A stretch of DNA of 63,465 nucleotides, counting the filler, from Folioceros fuciformis (taxonomy: Eukaryota): the NCBI GenBank assembly GCA_049999805.1. It is 16 parts of 16 records of this genome, joined end to end, with 100 filler letters (N's around TTAATTAATTAA, not from the genome) between each part and the next. Parts side by side here need not be neighbours in the genome. Positions count along the whole stretch, not along the records: positions 33,680 to 37,166 come from JBNGIO010005697.1; positions 37,267 to 44,126 come from JBNGIO010005698.1; positions 44,227 to 49,909 come from JBNGIO010005699.1; 13 more parts are not named here. The stretch is one strand, 5' to 3'. Within the stretch, counting starts at the first letter, position 1. The number at the start of each line of letters is the position of its first letter. Both the position numbers and the translations under genes were made by a program. Shown here piece by piece: positions 36,406 to 49,499 of the stretch. The notes beneath the pieces are model-generated. The model was not told the origin of the DNA and ran no database searches. It saw only the letters and a program-made list of their open reading frames with translations.

Positions 36406-36847
36406 CTCACAACTCCGCGGTGTTAAAGGATGAAATGCAAAGGATTAATGAGTCAGAGGAGGATTAGTGCTAGCGGCGGAAACCTATGAGGAGTGAAAAA
36501 GCAGTTTTGGGAACACAGTACGAGTACGAGAGTGGCTGTAGAAGATGTCACCAGAGCACTGGCACTGGTGTATCAATGATTTGCAGACACTAACTTCAGC
36601 TTATGGCCTAACCCAAGTGGACCTTCTCAACCAAGTTGCAATAGTAATCACTTGACTCATCACGTAGCTACTAAAAAAGAAGCTAGGAGAAATTGAAGGT
36701 AGGAAAAAGCGATAAGCGAGATTGTGAGGAATTGCTGAGCAAGGTACATAAGGGATTGAAGGTTATGGCTATTTTGTAAGAAGCTATGGTGAATTAAATG
36801 ACGATGGTCCATGACAGAATGAAGGAGCTCTAGAATGAGATTTCCCG

Positions 36848-37115
36848 GGCTCAAGAGCCAGAGGCATGGTCGAAGAAGTTCTAAAGCAGGCCGAGCTCAA
36901 GAGCCAGAGGTAGTTGAAGAAATTCAAAAAGCAGGCCGAGTTCAAGTGCCAGAGGCATGGTTGAAGAAGTCTAAAAAGCAGGTCAAGTTCAAGTGCCAGA
37001 AGCATGGTTGAAGAAGTTCAAAAAGCAGGCCGAGAGGTGAAGAAGTTCAAAAACCAGGCCAAGTTCAAGAGCCGGAGGCATGGTTGAAGAAGTTCAAAAA
37101 GCAGGCCGAGAGGTG
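36848..37115. repeat. ~46-bp minisatellite
   Basis: TCAAGAGCCAGAGGCATGGTTGAAGAAGTTCAAAAAGCAGGCCGAG, about 6 units. Confidence 0.85.
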
Positions 37116-37689
37116 CAGAAGAGAACGGCATGAGGCTAGGGCTAGAGTCAAGGGTGAGGTGGGGAGNNNNNNNNNNNNNNNNNNNNNNNNNNNNNNNNNN
37201 NNNNNNNNNNTTAATTAATTAANNNNNNNNNNNNNNNNNNNNNNNNNNNNNNNNNNNNNNNNNNNNGCTGCTGATCCCACTCCTTCCCACCTCTTCTCTA
37301 TCTTTCCCATTGCTCATGCTCCTCCCCTAGAGGCTGGCTCAGCCACCAAGGGTGAACAGTTGCAGGGGAAGACTTAGCGGGCGACCATCCAGCAAGGAAG
37401 AGGCGGCGTCCGCAGACCTTTGAAGATCAGACATCCTCTGAAGTCTCAGGATAGTCTAAGAGGTGGTAGATCCTTGTGGTGGTAGGGCCAGGAGCTCATT
37501 AGTGGCAGGTTGTGCTAGACGTCCAAATAAGTGGCTGGTGACAGCCGGCTAGGCTAGTGGCCCTATTAAAATAATATTTCTCAAGTTAGAGAGAGGTGAA
37601 GTCAGAGAGAGAGAGAGGCTCCTATAAGATCAGGTGAGCCTGAAGGAAGAAGGAGTCATTCACTTTTGGGAGTCAGTCTATCTCTTTGT

Positions 37690-37940
37690 GAGCTCTTGGA
37701 GGTCCTCTCTTCATGAGCTCTTGGAGGTCCTCTCTTCATGAGCTCTTGTGGTCTGTCCCTGCTTGGTCTAGGACCTGCAGTGTGTTGCCGGCTATGCAAC
37801 GTCTGGTAGGATCGCAAGCCGTGTGTTGCCGGCTGTACAGTGTCTGGTAGGATCGCGGGCAGCGTGTTGCCGGCTGTACAGTGTCTGGTAGGATCGCGGG
37901 CAGCGTGTTGCCGGTTGTATAGTATCTGGTAGGATCACAA
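37690..37940. repeat. Adjacent 25-bp and 40-bp tandem repeats
   Basis: GAGCTCTTGGAGGTCCTCTCTTCAT about 2.5 copies; GTGTTGCCGGCTGTACAGTGTCTGGTAGGATCGCGGGCAGC about 4 copies. Confidence 0.85.
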
Positions 37941-38751
37941 GGTGTAATGACCAGGGTGAAGGGGCTTGCCCCTAGCTCTTGATTGTAAAGGGTGTGTCTT
38001 CCTCTCGACCTGTTCACTCTTGTTCCTTGCTTGGTCAAGTGTTGTAGGCCGGCCATGTCTCATGGCGTCTGGTAAGGTTGTGGGGAGGAGATACCCAAGA
38101 GGGGAGTGTGTTCCCTTCTTCCTTTTGTTTGGGGTTAGTCTAGTGACTCTTGCCGGGTAGGAGGAGTCCGTAGGGAANNNNNNNNNNNNNNNNNNNNNNN
38201 NNNNNNNNNNNNNNNNNNNNNNNNNNNNNNNNNNNNNNNNNNNNNNNNNNNNNNNNNNNNNNNNNNNNNNNNNNNNNTTTCTGGATTTAATTCCAGAAAT
38301 TCCATTTCAACTCCGTTTCACCTTTAACAGTCTAGTGACTCTTGCCGGGTAGGAGGAGTCCGTAGGGAAGTGTAGAAGGTAGTGGTGTCGTTGCTGGTTG
38401 CTGGTAGTTGCTGGTAGTTGCTGGTGTTGGTGCTAGAGTGAGAGAGTGAGTGAGGTGTGTGAGGGAAGACGCAGATCTGAGAGGTTAGAGTCGTTGTAGT
38501 GACTGGAGTGAGTTTGTGGGCACAGAGAGAGGTGCAGCTGACCGCCGGACAGCGAGGCCTGTCCTACGCCTGATCGGAGCTGGAGGGGAGCCCTCGAATC
38601 CGGCATCGAGTCGATCAAGTCCGACCCTCCATCCACAGCAGCAAGGAACCCCATCGCTCCTTCGTGGGAACGAAACCCAATGTCTCAACGACAGTGGGAT
38701 AAGTGTGGCCACTAAAGGTGGAACCCGTTGGCGATCGGTGCCCGGGGTTTT

Positions 38752-41700
38752 ACCTCCACACCTGAACAAGATCATTGAAAGGCTCCTCCAACACATCATG
38801 TAAAGGAGTAGCATCATCCACAACAATAGGAAGATCAACATCTAACACTGCGTGTAATGTAATGTCCTTAAAGGTAACACTGCGTGCTAGCGTAAGGTTA
38901 TGACTATGAGGGTCAAACAACTTGTAAGCTTTGGATTCTTCTGAATAGCCAAGAAATATGAGAGGCTTAGCCCTATGATCTAACTTACCCCTCTTGGCTT
39001 CAGGATTGAATGCAAAGGCAAGAGACCTAAAGACCCGAAGATGAAGTAGACTAGGCTTGCGGCCCCAAAAAACCTCATAAGGTGTTCGACCAGGAAGGGC
39101 TGAGGTCACAATCCTGTTCAAAATATAAGTTTCTGCAACCACAGCCTCAACCCAAAAAGACTTGGGAAGACCTACCCAAGCCAACATGCTTCTTGTCATC
39201 CCCATCAAGGTTTGATTCTTTCTCTCAGCAACACCATTTTGTTGTTGTGTATAAGGAACTGAAAGTTGGCGAATGATGCCATAATGGTGAAAGAGATCAT
39301 CAAACCTGTGACTTGTGAATTCGTCATCATTGTTTGTGCAAAAACACGTAACTAGATGTCTTGTTTGTCTTTGAACCATAGGGATCCAAGAGGAAACCTG
39401 ATCAAAGGCTTTACTCTTCAGGTGTAAGGGAAAAGTCCAAGTGTAACGAGAAAAATCATCTACCAATGCTAGGTAATACTCAAACCCACTAAGAGATTTC
39501 ATTGGAAGTTTTCCTGCAAGATCTGCATGTATCTTCTCAAGGGTTGCTTTAGGTCTAGTAGCCATCTGATTTTTAAAAGGTAGCTCCTTCTATTTTGACA
39601 AGATGCACACACTACGGGGGACAAGGTGCTTAAAACATGAGGGTAGCTTCTCACAGTAGCAGCTTGAGTGAGACATGAAATGGAGTTTAGATTTATTGAC
39701 ATGATCTAAGCGTGCATTCCACAAATTAACCTAAAGAGGATAAGAAGCAACCAAAGCCTGAACATTGTAAGTAGAGGGAGGATCTAGCTGATAGAAGTCA
39801 TCCTCCAAGGTAGCTTTGGCAAGATACTCCCATGCTTCTCAAACTTTGTAAATATAGCAATGCTTATGCTCAAAGCTAAACCCATATTGACCAGTGGAAG
39901 TGACTGCCTTTACAAACAACAAATTTTTACTCATGGTCGGAACATACAGCACATCAAATAGCTGCAATGAAGTGCCATCTAACAAAGGTATGCGAGCCTG
40001 GCCACTATCTTCAACCTCAAGTACTCGTGAATCTCCAACATAGACTACATGAAAAGGAGTTTGATGACTGAATTTGGAGAATACCTTCTTGTTATTATAG
40101 ATATGTGAGGTGGAACCTGAATCAACAAACCACATAGAAGAATTCTCCTTGCTTGAGGTAAGACATACAGTTAGAACTGAATTATTGCTTTTATGTTGCT
40201 ATCGTCTAGAAGGTGCTCCCTTGGTACAAACATGAGCCACAGGGCAAGCCTCCTTCTTAGGTTCACCTGCCTTCTTCTTCTTGTAATCACACTCCTAGTC
40301 ACCAGGAATTTGGCACCAATTGCAAGTGCCTTGTCTTTTCACTATAGGGGTAGAAAACTAGCTTGGCTCCCCCTTTCTTAGGCTTATTATTACGCCATGG
40401 TCCTTTCCCTTTTGCAACGTAAAACACCTTCTCTCCCCGGAGGCAAGACGAAGGCCTTGACTTTTGGTGGCTCTGTTCTTTTTGCAGGAGAGCCCCAATC
40501 AAGTCATTCAACGTTATCAGAGAAGGTATACCAGCACTCACAGCCACATAAGAAGCTTGAATGGAGGTATTTTGACTTGACACGAAGTTCTGATAAGAAG
40601 CTGGTAAGCTGGATAGCAATTGTGCAACTGCATCCACTTTTGTCATTGTGCACCCAAGAGCAGCCAATTGAGATCGCAGATGGTGAAACTTCACAATATG
40701 TGGTCCCACTGGATCTCTATCACGCAGCTTAAGGCCATAGAACTCATTTCTTGCATCTACAAGTGTAAGAATGTTCTAGACCTGATATGTGTCCTTCACT
40801 TGTGTCCAAACTTTAGCAACTGTTGGTAAGGACTCCACTTTAGTTACTATTGTTTCATCCAAACCTGAAAGTAGGATAGCAAAAGCTATTTTGTTTCCCT
40901 TTTTCCACTCATCCACCATTTCTTATGTGACTCCAGGAGTAGTGGGATCAGGCTTAGGAAAAGAACCGTTAACATACTCCCACACATCTATGGCATCCAA
41001 GAAAGCCTTCATCCGGGCACGCCAACTTTCAAAATAATAAGATTTTGAATCAAAATCGTCCTTTTCTTTAAACTCTTTAGAATATGTAGCTCCTAGTGTT
41101 GTTAACACACTGTTGGCAGATGTTATGATAGGAGGAGTAGGAACCATAGGAGAAGGTCTTGACTATACAGATGGAGGAGGGAGAATAGGACTAGCTCTCA
41201 GTCGCGCTAGCTCTACCAATGATAATGTGGGTTGTGCATTTAATCTAGCTTGTTCTTCAACTTCTGAATCAATAGAGAAATATTTATCTACAAGGTCAGA
41301 CTCGTCTATAAAATCTGACTCACTACTAGAAGATGAGGCTGACCTGCACAATCAACTAGAAACGCAAAGAGAATTAAAGCTTTGCCTGTAAGTAACTCCA
41401 ACTTTTTTTTTTTTTTAAACCTAACTTAGTTTTCTATTGATGTAGAAAGAAACAAAACAAAATAGTTTTAAGGCACGAAACGCCACGCCTCTTCACAAGA
41501 AAGCACGATAACATACTCCACATGCACAGGTGGCAGCAGAATTAGAAAGTTGGTAAGAGACACCGAATTGAAACACATCTATTCAATTTTGCTAGTTATG
41601 CATGGCAGGGGCGACGCCAAATCAAGAGTCCACCGAAACGGCACCACAACACCTATGCACATCCCTTTAGATCTGAAAAGGTTGTAGGAGGCCAGCATCT

Positions 41701-42553
41701 CGCACCTGGCGAGATGGCTTCAGTGACGGCGGATACATAGCTACAACAAGATTGCGTACAGATGTGTCAACCCGCGCCTGCCCCAGCTTTGAAAATAGCA
41801 AAGAAATTGATGCTGAATTCTAAGCCAAAGAATCTTCAATCGCTGTAAGTTGTCGGCTGATCTCGACGTTTACTTTGAGCAATATGTTCACGATCGTGTG
41901 TGTTGCAGATTGTAGGTTCAACAGCAGCGCCACAGAAGAGCAAACCTCCTCAGCAACTTCCTACCACCGCTCCAAGCCACCAAAATCGTGAGTACACTTC
42001 GGTGCCTTAGAGCTGGTAGAATGGATTCGATGTAGACTGCGAGATGAACAATGATCCTTGTATAAGTAATCAAATTGTCCCCTTAAATTAGACGGTCCAC
42101 CAAGCCCATCATTAAAGTTCCTAACAGCCTGTTGTTCCTATGACTCGAGGCTGACAAGAGTCTGCGCTCGAAATAGAAGTGGCCGACGCCCTCTTCCTTT
42201 CGCCATTAAGTATTTTCATGTAGAAGTATGAATAGATTTTCATAGAAACACTAGAATAATCTAATACATCTACAGTGTGCAAGCATTGACTAGAACCTAG
42301 ACACATAAGCTCCCATCCAGCAAATTGTTGGGTGAAACTTATGTGTAAAGACATCTGACCTGTGCTTGCACATCAAAACAATACCCTTGGCTCTGATACC
42401 ATATTTGCATTGCGGAAGCGCATGTGTGCAGAAAAAATTGTAAGAAGTGTATTTAATAAAGTATTAAGCTCGTTTATATACTGAAAAAGTTAACCGTAGT
42501 TGAGCTAACCTAACCACTAACCTAGGTCAGGGTAAAACCAACTTACTCTAACA
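38752..42553 (-). mobile_element. Ty1/copia 5' half: LTR 42553-42402, PBS, leader with ORF0, gag, protease, integrase (decayed)
   Basis: PBS TGGTATCAGAGCCAAGG (42401-42385); EFKEKDDFDS..WRARMKAFLDA; WFVDSGSTSH; LEKIHADLAG; QQNGVAERKN; FLGYSEESKAYKL. Confidence 0.92.
41667..42206 (-). pseudogene. Extra ORF (ORF0) upstream of Copia gag, 180 codons with three internal TAG and no frameshift
   Basis: MAKGRGRR...LLNLQSATHTIVNILLKVNVEISRQLTAIED...VVAMYPPSLKPSRQVRDAGLL; homologous to 23207-22677. Confidence 0.78.
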
Positions 42554-42849
42554 CAAACAACATCAACTAGGCCCATCTCTTACACTTCGTGTGCAGCTCC
42601 TTGTCACTCTTTGCATTTCTAGCGTTGGCTGTACTTGCTCCCTATGTCCTCGCCCTTCCCCCCACTTCCTTCTTTGCTCACACATTACTAAGTGGTTTTG
42701 TTCTTCCTCCACATGGACAGTATGCCCATCCTGTGCTTGAGCCTCTTCTACCTCAACTGGTTCCACGTTCTCCCCCTCTATAGGCCTTTTGCTCCGACTT
42801 TTGCAACCACTTGCCACTGTACTTTTGAGCGTCATGTAACATCCTTCCC

Positions 42850-43880
42850 AACAACCTTGGACAATAGCTCACCTCCTCCTCCAGCCTCCTTTTCTTCCCA
42901 AAATTCAGGCATGCTATTCACGCCATGTTGTGTTGCCCAAACCAATTCTGCCCATGTCAGAGGCCTTTGCCACCTCCTCTTGAATCGTCGCCTCCACTAC
43001 TTCTCCCCACACGCCCAAACCGGTTGGGAGATTTCCCCTTATGCTTCCGTAGTCCTTGCTCTCGTGGTTGCCATTTGTTGGACTCATGGCAGCTTCCCTC
43101 CATTTGCCTTCATCTTCCTCAAAGTAGTAGTCACCGCAGCCTTCCATGCCTCTCTTGTCACGCCAGGTGGCCACAGTCCACGTCCCTTCTTCTTCCTCGC
43201 CTTCTCCAATTCAACAACTGCACGTACCTTCTTCCCCACTCCATGATTGCATGTACACGAGCATTGAGAAAATAAGTTATGAATTACATCCATATTATTC
43301 TCTAGCTCTAGAAACTCCCTTGCCATTGTTTCTACAAGCTCCTCTTACAAGTCCTTCGAATGCGCATACCATGGCTTTAACAAAGCCATTTGCTTGTCTA
43401 CCAACTCCTTCACCCTCTTGTGACATGCTTTTAGCACACATGGCCTCGACCCTGTTCCACTATCATTTTCCTCCTCGCTATCCATGGAGCTTGTGCAGGC
43501 CAAAAACCTTGCCATGCCAAGCTCCAATCCACCTCTACCATGTAGCTTCTACAGGACACCAAGCACATCCCCTATATGTTTTCCTGTAAGCAATGTTGTT
43601 ATCTCCCCTATGCCCGCTGCTGTGCATCTCTCAACTTCCACCATGTTGTTTCCCTCTCCTTCTTCGTCCTCTCCATCCTCACTGTTTCCTTCACTATCCT
43701 CTCCACCTGTCGTGTATGAAGTTGTATTTGTCCCTGAGCCCTCCATGTCTGCTGACACCGCATGATTGTCTATGTCTCTAGATCCCTCTCGCTCGCCTTC
43801 CTCCACATTGCTTGCACCCACCTGTGCATGGTCCCAATTTAGTGAGAAGCATTTGATTGGGCGTCTACTATGCAACACCT
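42850..43880 (-). pseudogene. Decayed single-frame ORF, possibly a CACTA (Ptta/En/Spm-type) accessory protein
   Basis: ORFs 43878-43549, 43527-43345 and 43326-43084 share one frame separated only by stops; acidic stretch, PW..H...L, WPPGVTREAW, RPLTWAEL. The family call is weak. Confidence 0.4.
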
Positions 43881-44226
43881 TTGGCCCTTGTTTACCTTCT
43901 TCAACGGGGAAGCCCTTATGTCAACCGTTTCCATCTCACCATCTTTCGTGTTGTTCACCTCCCCAGTCACTCTTGGCACGTTAGCTACCACCTCCTGATA
44001 GGAAATCTTAGAATAGATTAGAAACGCGTAGCGATTAAGCACACTGGTGCTTACAGATAGAGTGTCTTGTAGGCGTGAACGAACGGTTAGGGTTTCTAAC
44101 CGTTAGTACTTAACTAACCTAAACCTNNNNNNNNNNNNNNNNNNNNNNNNNNNNNNNNNNNNNNNNNNNNTTAATTAATTAANNNNNNNNNNNNNNNNNN
44201 NNNNNNNNNNNNNNNNNNNNNNNNNN

Positions 44227-47200
44227 AGCTGACTTTGTGAGGCGTCCGAATGGTGTGGCCGGATGTCGACAGGATGACCTGGGTGAGGCGAGGGCGTTGT
44301 CGGCTCTCAGTGCCGGAATTCTCCAGACAGTGGCTGTCCAAGAGGGAGAAGTAAGTCCGGCTCCTTGGGCGCCTGCTACTTGCCAGAAGGCACACCGTGG
44401 GTTTGACCCTAGGAAGGAGGCCGTGGATCGGCAGGTGGAATTTCCGGTTGATGGGCTAATGATGAGACATGTGGCGACGGGTAGGCAGGACGTAGGTGTT
44501 CGGGGTCACTCAGTCGCAAAGGGACGGGCTACTCAGGCAAGAGGCAGCAGGATGTCACTGGTGGGGGGGAACATATCTGGTCCCCTGGTTCCGGAGAATA
44601 TCCTGACCAAGGCCCAGGTCGTAAAGACTTAGTCTGGATGGGGTTTTCGAGCTCCCGTCCCGGCAGCTAGGCGGGGAGGAGGGGGAAGTGTCGGTGGTGC
44701 CGCCTGTTTGCGATACTATCTCTGAGGATGGGTGGTGCAGCCTAGTGAGCGCTCCAGGTGTATGGCAGCAGATGTTTTCCTTTGAGGCATCTGACAGCTA
44801 CCAACCTCTAGCTCGCGACAGTAAGAACTCTCTAGAGGAGGAATATTCGAGGTGTGGGGAGGTGAAGCACTAACCTCACTCAGCGTTGAAATGGAGGGAA
44901 GAGATACCTGAGGAGAGCGAGGCAGCTGGACTGGGAATCTAGCATGCCGACCGGTCCCAAAGCCAGGAGGCGGCTTCAGATCCCTCAATAGCGAAGATGC
45001 AGGACGGGAAGGCGAACTTGGGTGATTTACCTCTTGCCGTTGGGACCGAGGGAATGCCAATTACAGTTTCGGGTACTAATCGAGGCCCCAGCACAACCCC
45101 AGATGTGCTGACAGGAACGCCTTCTCAAACGTTTTGTGATAGGTTGGCCTCTGCGAGCTCGAGCCAGGGGTTAGGATCTGTCGTTTCCGCTCAAGCTGCT
45201 AGGGAGGAAGTGGGAAGGGAATCTTTCCAAGTTCTTTATGGGCCCCAATCTCTTGATTCAATGCCGGGGTGCCCAGTAATTCGCGACGTGTCAGCACTTG
45301 GTCATCAGTCTCCCGGGGTTGAGGCGGCCCCCGGTCCTGATGGATCCATAAAGCCAGGAGCAGAACCGGCTTTCAAGTCCACTGCCTGGAAAGTGGTAGC
45401 AGCGTCTATCTCGTCCACAAGCGAGCACTTGACCATGGAGATGGTAGTGGGGAAGAGGACTCGTGCCTCGGAAGATTTGTCTCCAGGCCATAAACGTCAG
45501 GATCAGATTACCTTGGCCAAGGCAAGGAAGGCGTTGAACAAAGCCGTGCAANNNNNNNNNNNNNNNNNNNNNNNNNNNNNNNNNNNNNNNNNNNNNNNNN
45601 NNNNNNNNNNNNNNNNNNNNNNNNNNNNNNNNNNNNNNNNNNNNNNNNNNNCTTGGCCAAGGCAAGGAAGGCGTTGAACAAAGCCGTGCAACGCATGGCT
45701 TTGGACATCACCTCCCCGGAAGGGAAAAAGCTTAAGGTGTTGGAAGGGAAAAAGCTTAAGGTGTTGGAAGGGAAAAAGCTTAAGGTGTTGGAAGGGAAAA
45801 AGCTTAAGGTGGTGGAAGGGAAAAAGCTTAAGGTGTTGGAAGGGAAAAAGCTTAAGGTGCTGGAAGGAATAAGGGGTGGTCACAAGTTTCTCTGGAAGAT
45901 TTCTGTTGGCGGGGGGAACGCCCCTTTGGTAGTCCGTAGTCACCACAATTATGGAGCAGGACGAGGATCTAGAATGGATAGAAATGACTCTGCGTGTCTC
46001 GGTAAACTCGCGGTGGTAGGTAACAGCCCCACAAAATGTGCCAGTCCCATCATGAGAGACAACTCGGTGTTCACCTCCGAGGAAGATCTTTTCTCCACTC
46101 CTTGTGCTGAGGAAGATGAGGATGCTGATACAATCTGGCATGAAGTGTAGGCTGTTTTCTCCGGGGAGAAAGGAAGCACTTCTCCGTCTAACTCCTTGGA
46201 CAAGGACTTAGTGCAGGCTAAGAGGGTGCAGGATGGGTACCCTCCTACAGGGCAGGAGGTGTATCACTTGTTAAGAGGTCAGGAACTTAGGAAGGTGGAA
46301 GGCACATCAAGGAGAAAAGGCCGACATTTTGTGATCAACCTAACGGTTATGAGAAAGGTTCAGGACCATCTTTCCTTTCTGGTCGTGATAGAAGGCGAGG
46401 GGAACAGCTGCCTCTTGTCGTTACACTACATCAGTTGCATGCAGGGAAGGACAAGATTTTTGACTTCTTGTATGCCGGAGGGGTCCCTGTAGGCAAGGAG
46501 GGCAAGGAGTTGGAATTTTTCAGTGGTATCTACTAGAAGGAGGGTCGTCTCTTTGCTGATATCCGGCTAAAGAAAGACATTGGTCCCAATTTACCACTTA
46601 ACCCAGAGTGGAGGTGGTCCTTGGATGCGCCTTGGGCGAAAGACAGGTTTAGGGGTCCACACTCGGCAGCGAGTGATGCTGAGGGGCCCTTAGCTGGTCA
46701 AGATTGGAGGCCCGCCCCTGCGAGTCGCAAGTCGGAAAGGCTTCAAAGATTGTCCCTTGAGCTAAAAGCTAAGCACCATCTGGCGCGGCATAAGTTAGTG
46801 ATTGGGGCTAGGATGCCCAAGCCGTCTGCGATACGGAATCTCTCAAGCAAGTCCCGTTAAATGAGTTTTGACACTTTAAAGAACTACAAAAGGGGGCCTC
46901 ATTTGCGGATCATTTCCTGGAATGTCAGAGGTCTGGGGGGATGGTCGAAGACGACGTCGACGTGTAGAAGACTTAAGAAGCTGCTAGAAGAGGAAGTCAC
47001 TTGGGATGTGGTGTGCTTGCAAGAGCATAAATTGTCCTTGGAGCACATCCAAAAAGTGAAGAAAATCTTTCTTCCTGGGAGAACTGAATGGGCAGCAGCT
47101 AGAGCGGAGGATACAAGAGATGGACAAATCTCTTCTCAACGAGCTTCAACAACCTGTGGAGGGGTGTCCATGACAGTTCACCCAGAGCAAACCCATAATA

Positions 47201-49499
47201 TCCTGGAATCAGGACAAGATGAGGATGAGAGGTTTGTGTGGATGGTGCTACAAACACCTCAAGGTCCGGTTGGAATATGTAATATTTACGCGCCCAATGC
47301 TGCCGTGGACAGGAGTATCCTCTGGAGTAGGCTGGGTGAACAGCTTGATGAGTAGATTCCGTGGATGCTGGCGAGCGATTTCAACTTTGTTGAACGTCGA
47401 GAGGACATACGTGGGGATAGCCCAAGTGATGTTCAGGCGGTGCCTATGTCTTGGCAGGAGCTAAGAGATACGATCTTGGCGGTGCAGGATCCATGGGTGG
47501 CCCTCCCGGCACATCGCCAACCGCAGTCCTTAATGTTCAGTATGTCTAACCAAGAACAACAGAACTTGGGAGCACGCAGGTTGGACAGGTTTTATTTACC
47601 TGCAGGGTGGCTGGCCTTTGTACAGTCGTACAGCATTCTTGCAGGTACGATTCTATCGGACCACCATCCTATTAGTCTGCACTTGAGACTCGCTCTTGAG
47701 TCGGAGCGCCCTAGGAGACATTTGCAAAATTTTCGGATGAACACCTCCTTACTGAAGAACAAAGGTGTCTTTGAAGACATCAAAAACATCTGGCAGGGAG
47801 TGGAACAGGGGGAAGAGAATGCGGCAATCTAACTGATGCGTGCTAACACTGAGGCGACTAGGTATCTGAGGAGCCGAGGGGTGCAACGAGCAAGCGATCA
47901 ACGTCAGCAAGAATGTTTTTTGAGGGAGGAATTGGGCTGGCTCCAAAGGAGCTGTGAGAGTCGGGATTTCACTGATGCGGAAGTGGCCCGTAAAACGGAG
48001 GTACAATGCGCCTTGGCCAAGCTGGAAGAAGATAGGGCTAGAGGATGGTTTAAGCGCGCTAAAATTAAATGGGTGAGGGAGGGGGATGGCCCCTCTAAAT
48101 TCTTCTTCGACTAGGTGGCCTCTAATCGGCATAGGACTCGAATCCTTGCCCTCCCAGACGCATGTGGCGTGGTGCAAGAATCGCTTGAAGGTTTAAAAAC
48201 TCTCATTACCCTCTTCTTTGTTAGCATTTTCTCTAGTGTTGGGAAGCTGGCAGGGTGGGAACGGCTTTGGTCCTCTTCATATGGTGCACTTTCGGCCAAG
48301 GTTTTTGAGGACCAACACAGGACTCTGGATATGCCGATATCTGCTGATGAGGTGTTCCAGGCCTTGAACGGGATGCCGAGGGATAAGTCCCCAGGGCACA
48401 ATGGTATCCCTCCCGAGTTCCTGCTCTGGGGATGGGATTTTATGTAGCCATTGTTCATGGAGGCGGTTAATACGTTTTTGGAGGAGGGTAGCATGGGGAG
48501 TTGGTTCAACATGGGGGTTATCTCCTTGCTCCGTAAGCAAGACGCCAGTCTATCAATCTCCAAGTGGCGCCCGATTACCCTACTCACTACCACATACAAG
48601 GTGATTGCTAAGGTGTTGGCTAATCGAATCACTCCATTTCTTGATGATTGGATTGAGAAAGAGGAGCGAGGGTTCATTCAAAATAGGTGCATCCTAGATA
48701 ACCTTCTACTCCTGAGGGAAGCTAAGGACAACACCCAGGTACAGAAGAAAGCTGCCGTCTTCATCTCCCTTGATTTTTACAAGGTGTATGATTCAGTTGA
48801 GTGGCACTTCCTGTGGCGATGCCTGCGTAGTTTCGGGTTCGGGAATAACTTCTGCAGATGGATAGCCATTCTGTGTGAAGACGCAGGCGCCAAGGTGTTT
48901 GTTAATGGATCCTTTACGGAGCGCTTTGGCATCTCTCGGTCGGTACGTCAGGGTTGCCCCCTTGCTCCATTCTTATTTATTATCGTTACTGACTTCTTTC
49001 TCAAAGCAGTCAAGCAGGACCCGCCAGTGGTGGGTGTCCAGAACCCAGATGGAACACAACTAAGGGTCTCTGCATTTGCAGATGATACGCTCCTCTTCTC
49101 CTCGGCACAGGAGGCTCCATTGAAAGCGTTGCTCCAATAGGTCAAGGTCTTTGGTGAACTCTCAGGCTGCAAGGTGAATTGGAACAAGACGCGCATGATG
49201 TGTTTTCACATGGAGGGGGAACCCCCTGAGTGTATTAACCACATCAAGCGAGTGACCCTGGGCTCTACCCACAAGTATTTGGTACTTCCTTTTCAAGAGG
49301 GGGAGGAGAATGGGAAGATTGGGAAGTATGTCTGCCTCAGGTTCATTTGCAAAGCGGCTAGTTTACAATTGTTGGAGCTCAACTTGGCAGGTAGTCTTGT
49401 GGTGATCAACCATATCCTTACAGCCTCTTTATGGTACTTTTTGTTTTTGTGGGCGCCTTCTAAGACAGAGGTGAAGCGCTTACAATAGGTGCTGACCTC
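44227..49499 (+). mobile_element. LINE (L1/Tx1-like): ORF1 remnant to 46860; ORF2 APE endonuclease + RT 46861-49499 with in-frame stops
   Basis: SWNVRGL, CLQEHK, NIYAPN, DFN, RLDRFY, SDHHPI, KSPG.NG, WRPITLL, QGCPLAP, FADD. Confidence 0.95.
45718..45867 (+). repeat. 24-bp in-frame tandem repeat x6 (EGKKLKVL) in the LINE ORF1 region
   Basis: GGAAGGGAAAAAGCTTAAGGTGTT repeated six times. Confidence 0.95.

Noticed and set aside
36266-37940. CRISPR-like arrays
   Set aside because: Contiguous tandem units without unique spacers, no cas genes, eukaryotic context.
37267-38751. Long gypsy-type LTR on the minus strand
   Set aside because: Start resembles TGTAAAACCC but there is no second LTR, PBS or TSD to support it.
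46861-49499. Alternative genetic code or U-to-C editing explaining in-frame TAG/TAA stops
   Set aside because: RPL34 and eRF1 end normally at TAG, and sister TE copies show CAG/TAG polymorphism, consistent with mutational decay.
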